A stretch of 64,000 nt of DNA. Source: an uncultured Gammaproteobacteria bacterium. Its GTDB lineage: Bacteria > Patescibacteriota > Patescibacteriia > Magasanikbacterales > GWA2-37-8. This document shows, piece by piece, positions 29,598 through 40,544 of this stretch. The stretch is taken from the NCBI GenBank assembly GCA_964355175.1, contig CAYHBZ010000001.1, positions 64,445-128,444 on the forward strand, read 5' to 3'. How positions within the stretch are numbered: position 1 is the stretch's first letter; each line of letters opens with the position of its first letter. The position numbers were made by a program, and so were the translations under genes. The notes below the pieces were generated by a model that did not search any database, was not told the origin of the DNA, and was given only the letters and a program-made list of their open reading frames with translations.

Positions 29598-29605
29598 TTA
29601 ATAAC

Positions 29606-29663
29606 TGTCATTCCGAACGCAGTGAGGAATCTTAGAAGATCCCTAGTTACACTCGGGATGACA
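29606..29663. repeat. REPIN-like palindromic repeat, copy 4
   Basis: TGTCATTCCGAACGCAGTGAGGAATCT ... AGATCCCTAGTTACACTCGGGATGACA. Confidence 0.85.
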
Positions 29664-29675
29664 ATACTAAACTAA

Positions 29676-31073
<1,398 letters not shown>

Positions 31074-31075
31074 TC

Positions 31076-31103
31076 CGTCATTCTGAGCGTAGCAAAGAAT
31101 CCC
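31076..31103. repeat. REP-like half unit, copy 5
   Basis: CGTCATTCTGAGCGTAGCAAAGAATCCC, single arm. Confidence 0.75.
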
Positions 31104-31122
31104 TTTCACTCAAACAAAAATT

Positions 31123-31557
31123 ATGCCAAAAATAAACCTAAAAATCGTTACACCGGAAAAAGTAATTTACGAAAATAATCAGGTAGACCAAATTACTATT
31201 CCGACTACCACCGGTGAAATCACCGTACTACCAAACCATGTACCCCTGGTTAGTATTTTGAAATCCGGTGAGATGATTTTTAAAGAAAATGGACAAGAAA
31301 ATTTTTTCGCGCTGTCTGGTGGATTTTTGGAAGTGAAAGAACACAGTGAAGTATTGATCCTGGCCGATAATGTAGAGCGCGCTCATGAAATTAATATTGA
31401 AAAAGCTGAGGCGGCGAAAGCAAGAGCCGAGGTACAGATGAGTGAACTCAAGAATACAGAAGATGTAGACTTTGCTAGATTGCAGGCGGTGATTGATAGG
31501 GAAGCGAATAGATTGAGAGTGGGGAATAAGTACAGAAAACTTCCTAAGAGTGAATAA
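31123..31557 (+). CDS. atpC: ATP synthase F1 subunit epsilon
   Basis: IVTPE, GEITVLPNH.P, SGGFLEV. Confidence 0.96.
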   Translation: MPKINLKIVTPEKVIYENNQVDQITIPTTTGEITVLPNHVPLVSILKSGEMIFKENGQENFFALSGGFLEVKEHSEVLILADNVERAHEINIEKAEAAKARAEVQMSELKNTEDVDFARLQAVIDREANRLRVGNKYRKLPKSE

Positions 31558-31560
31558 ACT

Positions 31561-31601
31561 CAACAAAAAAACAATGGTACGAGACCATTGTTTTTTTGTT
31601 G
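31561..31601 (+). terminator. atp operon terminator
   Basis: CAACAAAAAAACAATGGT-ACGAG-ACCATTGTTTTTTTGTTG. Confidence 0.88.
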
Positions 31602-31626
31602 AAAAAGGGATAAAATATATTTTATT

Positions 31627-32571
31627 ATGACTACAAATTTTATGACTAAAAAACAAGTCTTAATTCTAGAAGATCTCGGTATTACAAAAGCAGACTTTGA
31701 AAAAATCGCTGCAAAAGCGAATTTACCGTTTGATATCATATGGGAAAAAGATTTATCAGACACAGAGTCGGTTGAAGCAATTATCACTGTTAAAACAAAA
31801 TTTGATAAACAATTGTTTGCTAAATACCCCAATGTAAAAGTAATTACAGTCGCATTTACAGGCTACGATTGCGTTGATATTGAAATTTGTCGGCAAAATG
31901 GCATTGCTGTCTACAATGTCCCTGCTTATTCCACAAATTCTGTAGCAGAACTCACAGTTGGTTTGGCAATATCATTATTAAGAGAAATTCCGGCTGCAAA
32001 CAATATAGTCTGTTCTGGAAAATGGAATATGAAACCAGACCAAGAACTTTCTGGTAAAACAGTAGGTATTCTTGGCACAGGTACAATAGGAATAATGGCA
32101 GCAAATTTCTTCAAAACTTTTGGCTGTAAAATCGTAGGTTGGTCAAAAACAGAAAAAGAAGAGTTTAAAACGCTTGGCAATTATATCTCAGATCTACAAG
32201 AATTTTTCTCTATTTCAGATATTGTTTCTATACACCTCCCGCTGAATAACGAGACAAAAGGAATGATCGGAGAGAAAGAACTTGCTTCCATGCAAACAAC
32301 TGCCTATCTTATTAATACAGCGAGAGGGTCTATCATAAATGAAGAGGCTCTAATTAAAGTATTAAGCGAAAATAAAATTGCCGGAGCAGCCCTAGATGTA
32401 TTTGCTCAAGAACCTATCAATCCAGACAGTCGGCTTTTGCAGCTCCAGAATGTTATTTTAACACCGCACATTGCATACAAAACAGTGGAAGCATTGGAAC
32501 GAAGAGCTGAAATTACAATAAGAAATATTGCTAATTTTATCAATGACAACAAAACAAATAGAGTTAATTAG
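31627..32571 (+). CDS. D-isomer-specific 2-hydroxyacid dehydrogenase
   Basis: TGYD.VD, GILGTGTIG, INTARG, LDVF..EP, TPHIA. Start could be 31642. Confidence 0.93.
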   Translation: MTTNFMTKKQVLILEDLGITKADFEKIAAKANLPFDIIWEKDLSDTESVEAIITVKTKFDKQLFAKYPNVKVITVAFTGYDCVDIEICRQNGIAVYNVPAYSTNSVAELTVGLAISLLREIPAANNIVCSGKWNMKPDQELSGKTVGILGTGTIGIMAANFFKTFGCKIVGWSKTEKEEFKTLGNYISDLQEFFSISDIVSIHLPLNNETKGMIGEKELASMQTTAYLINTARGSIINEEALIKVLSENKIAGAALDVFAQEPINPDSRLLQLQNVILTPHIAYKTVEALERRAEITIRNIANFINDNKTNRVN

Positions 32572-32580
32572 GTGGCAATT

Positions 32581-32604
32581 TTTGGCAGTGACTTAAAAAA
32601 ATAA
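32581..32604 (+). repeat. 24-bp direct repeat, copy A
   Basis: TTTGGCAGTGACTTAAAAAAATAA; 23/24 identical to 33709-33732. Confidence 0.8.
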
Positions 32605-32605
32605 T

Positions 32606-32857
32606 ATGAATGTTACAAAAAAACACGATTTTATACCTAAAGAAAAAAGAAACAAAATAGTAAATGAGATAATTACTTACTATAAAACAAAAATGGATCA
32701 AGAAATCGGCGTAGTGGTCGCTGAAGATATCCTAGATTTTTTCTTAGAAGCTATCGGAAATGATATTTATAATAAAGCGATTAGTGATTCAAAAAATACT
32801 ATTAAAAATGGTTTTGAGATTATTGAAGTCGATTTAGATTTATTACTAAATAAATGA
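32606..32857 (+). CDS. DUF2164 family protein
   Basis: EIG...AE..LDFF....G..IYN.AI.D. Confidence 0.8.
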   Translation: MNVTKKHDFIPKEKRNKIVNEIITYYKTKMDQEIGVVVAEDILDFFLEAIGNDIYNKAISDSKNTIKNGFEIIEVDLDLLLNK

Positions 32858-33243
32858 TTAAATTTAATAAAAAATATTTCATAGCCGCAATAATATTATT
32901 TATAATAGAAATTTTTATCGCCCTATTTATACATGATAGAATAGTTAGGCCTTACATAGGGGATATGCTGGCGGTAATCTTAATTTTCTGTTTTATAAAA
33001 AGCTTTATTAATATTAGATCTATGTATATAGCAATTTCTACTTTGGTCTTTGCTTACTTTATAGAACTACTGCAATATTTTAACTTACTTGATTATATTG
33101 ATTTAAAAGGCAATAAAGTTGCCGCGATACTGCTAGGTGGGTCATTTGACTGGATTGATTTGGTTAATTATACTTTAGGAATAGTAATTGTTATTACATT
33201 TGAAAAAATGATTTTAAAACTAACTAAAAATAAGCTCTCTTAA
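32854..33243 (+). CDS. DUF2809 family membrane protein
   Basis: IEIFIALFIHD.IVRPYIGD, IE.LQY, LG.SFDW.D...Y. Confidence 0.8.
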   Translation: MIKFNKKYFIAAIILFIIEIFIALFIHDRIVRPYIGDMLAVILIFCFIKSFINIRSMYIAISTLVFAYFIELLQYFNLLDYIDLKGNKVAAILLGGSFDWIDLVNYTLGIVIVITFEKMILKLTKNKLS

Positions 33244-33249
33244 TTAAAT

Positions 33250-33732
33250 ATGGAAAATCAAAACGAAAAATTTATCTTAAAATGTATTGAGTTAGCACAA
33301 AAAGGTTTAGAAAAAGGAGAGATGCCTTTTGCTAGCCTTATTACAAAAGGGGACGAAATTATAGTCGAATCTATAAATGGAGCCGCCGGAAGAATTTCTG
33401 ACCACGCTGAAATTCTAGTCCTAGACAGGGCTCATAAAATATTAGGAACGTCTGATTTATCAGGTTATACATTATATACAATTTGCGAACCGTGCCCTAT
33501 GTGCTCATTTATGATCCGTGAATATAAAATAAAGAAAGTGGTTTTTTCACTATTCTCACTATTTATGGGCGGATATTCAAAATGGAACATTCTCCAAGAT
33601 CAAGAAATAGCTCAATTTAAAGATTTCTTTGGCCAACCACCGGAAGTCGTGGGTGGAATTTTTGAAGACAGAGCAAAAAAGATATTTGCCCAGACGCCGC
33701 TTTGGATGTTTGGTAGTGACTTAAAAAAATAA
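33250..33732 (+). CDS. Nucleoside deaminase (TadA/guanine deaminase-like)
   Basis: HAE and CEPCPMC zinc motifs. Confidence 0.9.
   Translation: MENQNEKFILKCIELAQKGLEKGEMPFASLITKGDEIIVESINGAAGRISDHAEILVLDRAHKILGTSDLSGYTLYTICEPCPMCSFMIREYKIKKVVFSLFSLFMGGYSKWNILQDQEIAQFKDFFGQPPEVVGGIFEDRAKKIFAQTPLWMFGSDLKK
33709..33732 (+). repeat. 24-bp direct repeat, copy B (3' end of deaminase)
   Basis: TTTGGTAGTGACTTAAAAAAATAA. Confidence 0.8.
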
Positions 33733-33820
33733 AAGGTTATTTGTCCCTAGCAACCTATTAGAAATAACGACCATAGCACAGTCGTTATTTTTATTTAAAA
33801 CTACTACTAAATTTATAATA

Positions 33821-33849
33821 TTGACGCCCCCCCCCTCTAATGATATAAT
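33821..33849 (+). promoter_or_regulatory. Promoter with C9 tract in the spacer
   Basis: TTGACG, CCCCCCCCCTCTAATGA (17 bp), TATAAT. Confidence 0.75.
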
Positions 33850-33885
33850 TTTATCAAGTTTAAATTAGACTTTTAATAACATTAT

Positions 33886-34728
33886 ATGCATCCAGGTGAA
33901 GCGGGAAAAAATGAAATTAGTTCAATTGGCAGCGCCTATTACACTTTCAGTAAATTTAAAGAAAGAGCAAAAAGCAAGGATATGGTCGGGCTGAAGGCTA
34001 ATTTACAAGATGTCAAATCATCACAAAAATTCGTTGAAAAAAATTTACCCGATATTCCAAAAGAAGCACGTGAAAATAAAAATGGGATCTACAGTCCGGC
34101 CCACATGCTTAACAACGCTGTTTCTTACATGGCACAAACAATTGAATCTGGTGATCAGTCCGATTTAGGAAAGGCGTCAATTGCAGCAGATCAGGCTGAA
34201 AGACTAGCTGGTTATGGAATGAAACTAAAAGAAGTTAATAACAGTCTTAAAACAACTGTGCTCACAGGATCACACACTCGAGAAATTAATCGTACAAATG
34301 TAATCGATATACCGGTCAATTGGAAAGAATCCGAAGCTGGTAAAAAATTTTTAAAAGGTATTACCGATTTTATTATAGCAAGAAATAAAGGAGAGGTAAT
34401 AACAGACAAAGATATTCAAATGTTTACTGATTTAGGAGATTTAATATTGACCGCATACAAGGATTTAAAGGTTGGTAAGGATCAAGCTCAAACTTATCCT
34501 ATGGCGCGAGAAATGATCCTCATCAATCTAGCTTTATTGAAAGCTGAAGCAAAAAAACATATAGGCAAACGAATGCCGCAAACAGAGAAAGATTTTGTAA
34601 CAGTTCAACTTATTCGGGGATTATACCATCACGATACGGCTACTGAACAAGAACAAAAAATGGGGCACCGTGAAAGTTTTGATAAAGGTCCAACTATTAT
34701 AGATAGACCACCCGGTCTACAAACTTAA
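33886..34728 (+). CDS. Hypothetical protein
   Basis: 280-aa ORF with its own promoter and a downstream terminator; no motif recognised. Confidence 0.75.
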   Translation: MHPGEAGKNEISSIGSAYYTFSKFKERAKSKDMVGLKANLQDVKSSQKFVEKNLPDIPKEARENKNGIYSPAHMLNNAVSYMAQTIESGDQSDLGKASIAADQAERLAGYGMKLKEVNNSLKTTVLTGSHTREINRTNVIDIPVNWKESEAGKKFLKGITDFIIARNKGEVITDKDIQMFTDLGDLILTAYKDLKVGKDQAQTYPMAREMILINLALLKAEAKKHIGKRMPQTEKDFVTVQLIRGLYHHDTATEQEQKMGHRESFDKGPTIIDRPPGLQT

Positions 34729-34835
34729 GATTATCAAATAGACATAAGAAGTTTAAAAAAATAAAAAATAGCCCTCAAAAAGAGCTATTTTTTAGCCCTA
34801 GCCAGCCATTTTCTTCTCTGCTATACTAAACATAT

Positions 34836-34970
34836 ATGTCCAAATGCAACACCTGCACCCTAGTTCTGGAGAATGAAGAGGATGCTTGCGTTTGCAACAG
34901 CAGTATTTGTCATGGTTGCTGTAGCTGCCAGGACGGCTGTGGTTGTGGATGTTTAGCCGCCCACATTTAG
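34836..34970 (+). CDS. Metallothionein-like Cys-rich microprotein (44 aa, 11 Cys)
   Basis: Translated by hand: MSKCNTCTLVLENEEDACVCNSSICHGCCSCQDGCGCGCLAAHI. TG-C-TATACT extended -10 at 34819-34827. Confidence 0.8.
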   Translation: MSKCNTCTLVLENEEDACVCNSSICHGCCSCQDGCGCGCLAAHI

Positions 34971-35013
34971 AAGGAAATTTTATCACAGGGTAAAGACTAC
35001 TCTTTATTTAGGT

Positions 35014-37992
35014 ATGTCAAATTTGAATTCCAATCAAAAAATCGCGGTGGAATATAACGACGGCCCCTTGCTGATAGTAGCGGGTGCTGGTACCGGCAAG
35101 ACCACTGTGATCACCCAAAAAATCGCCTATCTGATCCAAAATAAACTCGCTCGCGCTGAGGAGATTTTGGCGGTGACTTTTACCGAAAAAGCTACTACTG
35201 AAATGGAGGATAGAGTACAAGAACTTTTATCTTTTTCCGGCTTTGATGTCCTTACTTGTACTTTTCACGGACTGTGCCAGCAGATCTTGGAAAGCAACGC
35301 GCTCGATATCGGCATCCCAAATAATTTTAAACTTCTCAACGAAACGGAAAGTTGGCTTCTCGTGCGCCAGAATTTGGATAAATTTAAATTGGATTATTAT
35401 CGACCACTGGGTAATCCGACCAAATTTATCCACGCGATGATTAAACATTTCCAAAAATGCAAAGACGAATTGGTCACACCGCAAAATTATCTGGAATATG
35501 CCCAAAGTTTGAACCTAGATTCGGATTTGGAACCAAGTAAAAAAAAGAAAAAGAAGACCGAGGATAGCGGAGAAGATACCGCACTAGAAATAAAAAGAAT
35601 AAACGAACTGGCTGAGGCATATCATACATACAATCAATTATTGCTTGATTCTAGTTCGTTGGACTTTGCGGATCTTATTTTTTATACCGTCAAACTTTTC
35701 CAAGAACGTCCAAATGTTTTAAAATTTTATCAAAAAAGATTTAAATATATTTTGGTAGACGAATTCCAGGATACCAATTATTCTCAATACCAACTTATTA
35801 AACTACTAACTCAAAACAGCGACACCAAACTCACGGTAGTGGGGGACGACGATCAAAGTATCTATAAATTCCGCGGCGCTTCCGTGTCCAATATTTTGCA
35901 ATTTAAAGATGATTTTGTAAAATCCAAAGAAGTGGTGCTAAGCGAAAATTATCGCTCCGGACAAAAAATTCTGGACTTGGCATATAATTTTATTCAACTC
36001 AATAATCCGGATCGCCTAGAAGATAGACTAAAAATAAATAAAAAACTATCGGCTCAAACCAAGAAAGTCGGGGATTACGATTTATTAATGGGACAAAATC
36101 CTAGTCATGAAGCGGATTTACTATGTAAAAAAATTCTTGGTCTAAAAGAACAGGATAAAAATCTTAAATGGAACGACTTTGCGATACTTTGTCGCGCCAA
36201 TAGTTTTGCAGATCAGTTTATCCCTTACCTCAATCAGCTAAATATTCCTTATGAATTTGCCTCTCCCAGCGGTTTATTTCGCCAAAAGGTAGTCTTGGAC
36301 AGTTTGGCATTCTTGCGTTTGTGCGACAACTACCACGAGTCCAGCGCGGTTTACCGCATTCTCAACAGTCCAATTTTTTCGATGTACTACAGCGATCTTT
36401 CTCAACTTTTGCTATATAGTCGCCGCCAGACAGTTTCGCTCTTTGAATCCATCAAAGTAGCTTCACGCGGAATTGTGAAACTAAGCAAACACGGACAAGA
36501 AGTTATTGAGAAACTCATAAACATCGTGGGTGAATGCACTCAGCTGAGCAAACAAGAGCCGGCCGGTCGTGTGCTCTATAAATTTTGGGAAAAATCAGGT
36601 TATCTGAAACTGCTCAGCGATAATGTAGAAAAATACCAAATTGATATTTTGTATTTGCAGGCCTTGTTTGAAAAGATAGACGAATTCCAAAAAAATAATA
36701 GCGATACCGGCGTGCGATCTTGGCTGACATATTTTGAAACTTTGCTTGAATCAGGTGATGACGGGGAAGATTTTTCTCAAGATACCAGAGGAGACGCTGT
36801 CAAAATTATGAGCATTCACCGATCCAAAGGTTTGGAATTTGAATATGTCTTTATTCCAAATTTTGTAGACCAGAGATTTCCATCTACCAACCGCTCTACC
36901 GCTATTGATCTGCCCGATGCTCTGGTACGCGAAGCGGCCTTACCAAGCGGTGACGCCCATACTCAAGAAGAGCGTCGTTTGCTATATGTAGCCATCACCC
37001 GCGCCAAACAAGGTGTATATTTTACAGCAGCCAAAAATTATGGCGGTGCGCGTGATAAAAAACTTTCTAAATTTATCCTCGAACTAGAAAGTACCAACCA
37101 AACCGCTTTTAGCCGAGAAATAATTAGCAGTGGACCAATTATTGATCTGGAACAAAAATCTAATGAGGAGGTAGCCGAAACTTTTGAACTGGAAATTCCA
37201 AAAGAATTTTCCTTTTCACAATTACAATCTTTTGATAAATGTCCTTGGCAGTATCGTTTTCAATTTATTCTCAAAGTACCAACTTTTGGCAAAGGAGTGT
37301 TTAGTTTTGGTAAAACCATGCATGGTACTTTGCAAAAATTTTACCAGCAAGTGATTGAATTAAATTCCGCCAAACAAAATTCTTTGTTTACTGCCGCTGC
37401 GCCAAAATTAGGCGAAGAAATAAAAGTGCCGTCACTGGATACTTTAAAAGAAATTTATAGAGAAGCTTGGCAAGATAGCTGGTTTCAATCTGCTGGCCAA
37501 AAACAAGAATATAAGAAAAAGGGGATTGAGATTTTGGAAAACTTTTATGCTCGCGGCGAAAAAGAAGGTTGGACTGTGCCTATCACCGTGGAAAAAGGTT
37601 TCCGTTTCAGATTAAAAGATCACACTATCAAAGGCCAAATTGATCGTATTGATAAAACTATCGACGGTAAATTAGCCATCATTGATTACAAAACCGGCCG
37701 ACCAAAAGACAAACTCGCTGCCGAAGATAAAAGTCAGCTCTTGATTTACCAAATCGCAGCTGAGAGCGTGATTGAACTGCGTAACCTCGGCGAAGTATCT
37801 GAACTGCGTTATTATTATTTAGATAATAATAGTGTTCAGGCTTTCAAAGGTACCGATGAAGAAACTGAAAAAGAAAAAATAAAAATTGATGAAATAATTA
37901 CCGAGATAAAAAAGAAAAATTTTACACCAAAACCAAATAAGGAGACTTGCCAGTACTGTGACTTCCGTGATATCTGTGATTTTCGTGTATGA
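35014..37992 (+). CDS. UvrD/PcrA-like helicase fused to PD-(D/E)XK nuclease (AdnA/AdnB-like)
   Basis: AGAGTGKT, VDEFQD, GDDDQSIYKFRGA, SKGLEF, EERRLLYVAITRA; GQIDRID, IIDYKTG, C...CQYCDFRDIC. Confidence 0.93.
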   Translation: MSNLNSNQKIAVEYNDGPLLIVAGAGTGKTTVITQKIAYLIQNKLARAEEILAVTFTEKATTEMEDRVQELLSFSGFDVLTCTFHGLCQQILESNALDIGIPNNFKLLNETESWLLVRQNLDKFKLDYYRPLGNPTKFIHAMIKHFQKCKDELVTPQNYLEYAQSLNLDSDLEPSKKKKKKTEDSGEDTALEIKRINELAEAYHTYNQLLLDSSSLDFADLIFYTVKLFQERPNVLKFYQKRFKYILVDEFQDTNYSQYQLIKLLTQNSDTKLTVVGDDDQSIYKFRGASVSNILQFKDDFVKSKEVVLSENYRSGQKILDLAYNFIQLNNPDRLEDRLKINKKLSAQTKKVGDYDLLMGQNPSHEADLLCKKILGLKEQDKNLKWNDFAILCRANSFADQFIPYLNQLNIPYEFASPSGLFRQKVVLDSLAFLRLCDNYHESSAVYRILNSPIFSMYYSDLSQLLLYSRRQTVSLFESIKVASRGIVKLSKHGQEVIEKLINIVGECTQLSKQEPAGRVLYKFWEKSGYLKLLSDNVEKYQIDILYLQALFEKIDEFQKNNSDTGVRSWLTYFETLLESGDDGEDFSQDTRGDAVKIMSIHRSKGLEFEYVFIPNFVDQRFPSTNRSTAIDLPDALVREAALPSGDAHTQEERRLLYVAITRAKQGVYFTAAKNYGGARDKKLSKFILELESTNQTAFSREIISSGPIIDLEQKSNEEVAETFELEIPKEFSFSQLQSFDKCPWQYRFQFILKVPTFGKGVFSFGKTMHGTLQKFYQQVIELNSAKQNSLFTAAAPKLGEEIKVPSLDTLKEIYREAWQDSWFQSAGQKQEYKKKGIEILENFYARGEKEGWTVPITVEKGFRFRLKDHTIKGQIDRIDKTIDGKLAIIDYKTGRPKDKLAAEDKSQLLIYQIAAESVIELRNLGEVSELRYYYLDNNSVQAFKGTDEETEKEKIKIDEIITEIKKKNFTPKPNKETCQYCDFRDICDFRV

Positions 37993-38282
37993 TGAAATCT
38001 CTCGCTGACATCCTGAAATACAAAGGACGCAGCTCACCTTTTATCAAAGGCGTGCTTTCGGCTGCCATTGTCGACAATGGCAATATTTTTATAGAAAAAA
38101 ACTGGGGAGACGGTGGTAAAAAATTAGCACAAGCGATATATGTGAAGGAAGGGGTATTGGTAATAGCTTGTCTGAGCTCCATAATGGCCCAAGAAATCAA
38201 ACTAAAAGAGCGCGAACTGCTCAGCCACTTAAACCAAAACTACAGCGATATACCGATTAAAAAGATCAGATATTTGTCTTAA
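37989..38282 (+). CDS. DUF721/DciA family protein
   Basis: G.L.I....S..AQEI.L....L...LN......I..IR pattern. Confidence 0.7.
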   Translation: MMKSLADILKYKGRSSPFIKGVLSAAIVDNGNIFIEKNWGDGGKKLAQAIYVKEGVLVIACLSSIMAQEIKLKERELLSHLNQNYSDIPIKKIRYLS

Positions 38283-38340
38283 ACTAGCCTAAAATTCCGC
38301 CTTGCCAAAGCCGATTATTTGGACTATAATTAATTGACTT

Positions 38341-38739
38341 ATGACCTTAAAACAATATTTACATCTGATGGCGGCAGGCACCCTTATCTGTTGGGTAGCC
38401 TGGTTTTTTATATTGTTTAACACCGATCCGAAAGAAGCCGACTTCGTAATTTTTACTTTTTTATACAGCAGTTTGTTTTTGGGAATTGTTGGTTTATTTT
38501 CCGTTATTGGCTTTTTGATAAAGAGCCGTCGCACTACTCATGATGATGCCGTATTTCGTCAAGTGAAAAAAACTTTCACTCAAGGCATATTGCTGGGTGC
38601 TTTTACAATTTGTGTTTTAATTTTGCGTCAATTTGATTTATTGTTCTGGTGGAATGCGATCTTTTTGGTAATACTCTATGTGCTGATTGAGGGCGTAATT
38701 TTATCCAACCGCAAGTACCATAATCGTGATTATGTTTGA
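38341..38739 (+). CDS. Hypothetical 4-TM membrane protein
   Basis: Hydrophobic helices; overlaps the mreB start. Confidence 0.75.
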   Translation: MTLKQYLHLMAAGTLICWVAWFFILFNTDPKEADFVIFTFLYSSLFLGIVGLFSVIGFLIKSRRTTHDDAVFRQVKKTFTQGILLGAFTICVLILRQFDLLFWWNAIFLVILYVLIEGVILSNRKYHNRDYV

Positions 38740-39778
38740 TAAATTGTTTAATCGTTTTCGCAAAGATCTGGGAATTGACCTTGGTACGGCCAATACTTTG
38801 GTGTATGTAAAAAATCGTGGCATTGTAATCAACGAACCAAGTGTAGTGGCAATCAATACTCGCACTGATCAAATTTTAGCCGTAGGAAACCAAGCCAAAG
38901 AAATGGTTGGCAAAACCCCACCTCACATTATTACTCCTCGTCCGCTCATTGGTGGCATTATTGCTGATTTTGAAGTTACTGAAAAAATGTTGCGTTATTT
39001 TATTGATAAAATAAACGAAGACGAACGAAATTTCTTTTCTCGTCCGCGTGTAGTAATCGGTGTACCGCTTGAAATTACCGAAGTAGAGCGCAAAGCCGTA
39101 TCCGATGCGGCCATCAATGCCGGCGCCAAAGAAGTATATGTGGTCCAGGAGCCGATGGCCGCCGCGATTGGCGCGCGTATGCCGGTGCGTGAACCGGTAG
39201 GAAATCTGATCGTAGAAATCGGCGGCGGTACTTCTGAGATCGCTTTGATCTCTCTAAGCGGTGTCGTGAATTGGAAATCTATAAAAATTGCGGGGGACGA
39301 ACTCAATCGCAATATTGTTCAATACGCTCGTGATGAATTTAATTTGCTTTTGGGCGAACGCCAAGCGGAAGATATCAAAATAAAAATTGGTTCCGCTATT
39401 GAACTATCGGAAACCATGCAATATCCGATGCGCGGCCGTGATTTGCTCAGCGGCTTACCAAAAGAAATCATGATCAGCGATGCTCAGGTGCGTGAAGCGA
39501 TAATTAAATCTCTGCGTACTATCGTAGAACATGTAAAAGCTACACTAGAAACTTCTCCTCCTGAATTAGTAGCCGACATTCATGAGCGCGGCATTTTGTT
39601 ATCCGGCGGTGGCGCACTACTGCGCGGGTTGGATAAATTAATTGGCCGTGCCACCGAAATTCCAGTGCGTATCGCGGACGATCCTTTAACTTCTGTCGTA
39701 CGCGGCAATGGTTTGCTTTTGGACGATATGGAATTACTCAACGAGGTAGCAATTCTTTCTCCTCATCATAATCTTTAA
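38732..39778 (+). CDS. mreB: Rod shape-determining protein MreB
   Basis: GIDLGTANT, EPSVVA, EPMAAAIGA, IGGGT.E, GGGALL. Confidence 0.97.
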   Translation: MFDKLFNRFRKDLGIDLGTANTLVYVKNRGIVINEPSVVAINTRTDQILAVGNQAKEMVGKTPPHIITPRPLIGGIIADFEVTEKMLRYFIDKINEDERNFFSRPRVVIGVPLEITEVERKAVSDAAINAGAKEVYVVQEPMAAAIGARMPVREPVGNLIVEIGGGTSEIALISLSGVVNWKSIKIAGDELNRNIVQYARDEFNLLLGERQAEDIKIKIGSAIELSETMQYPMRGRDLLSGLPKEIMISDAQVREAIIKSLRTIVEHVKATLETSPPELVADIHERGILLSGGGALLRGLDKLIGRATEIPVRIADDPLTSVVRGNGLLLDDMELLNEVAILSPHHNL

Positions 39779-39780
39779 AA

Positions 39781-40542
39781 ATGCGTTATTACTCCTTCAA
39801 AAAAATCTATCTCAAAATAGTGATCTTATTTTTTTTATTGATCGCTTTTCATTATTTTGGTTGGCTCAACCCAATAGAAAATAGACTGAGGAATTTTTTC
39901 TTGTGGGCTATCCATCCGGTAAATAAACAATCTTTTCAAAATAACGACGCGAGCGAAACTCTCACCGCCGCGCTGGCACTGACCGATCTTTTGAACGCGA
40001 AAAATAAAATTTTGGAAAAAGAAAATTTTGATCTGCGTTTGGAATTAAATTTTAAAGCCAAAAATAAATTTAATTTGCTGGGCGCGGAAGTAGTCGCAAA
40101 AAATATCCAAGCTATTGAACAAGTAGTGATTTTAAACCGCGGTCTGAAAGACGGTGTGAAACTAGACCAACCGGTAATTTACGGCGACGGCGTCCTGATT
40201 GGAAAAATAATTAAAGTGGAGGATAATATTTCTTTTGCCCGACTGCTCAATGATAATCAAAGTAAAATCGCGGCCACAGTCACCAACTCCGGCCATAGCC
40301 TCGGGGTAGTGGAAGGCGGCTATGGACTAAGCATAAAAATGAATTTTATTCCCCGCAACGAAAATGTGGCGATAGGGGACCAAATAATAACTTCCGGCAT
40401 TGAGCTGTCCATTCCGGCCGGACTCGTAATTGGCAAAGTGGCAGCAATTGAAAATGAATCATATCAACCTTTCCAACAAGCGGTAATTACTCCGGTGGTG
40501 GAATATCAAAAGGTGAATATCGTCAGCATCATCACGAATTAA
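39781..40542 (+). CDS. mreC: Rod shape-determining protein MreC
   Basis: LNRG..DGV, GD.IITSG, P.GL.IG.V. Confidence 0.9.
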   Translation: MRYYSFKKIYLKIVILFFLLIAFHYFGWLNPIENRLRNFFLWAIHPVNKQSFQNNDASETLTAALALTDLLNAKNKILEKENFDLRLELNFKAKNKFNLLGAEVVAKNIQAIEQVVILNRGLKDGVKLDQPVIYGDGVLIGKIIKVEDNISFARLLNDNQSKIAATVTNSGHSLGVVEGGYGLSIKMNFIPRNENVAIGDQIITSGIELSIPAGLVIGKVAAIENESYQPFQQAVITPVVEYQKVNIVSIITN

Positions 40543-40544
40543 TT

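Noticed and set aside
34798-34986. 62-aa minus-strand ORF
   Set aside because: Antisense of the Cys-rich plus-strand gene, which has a promoter and a coherent motif.
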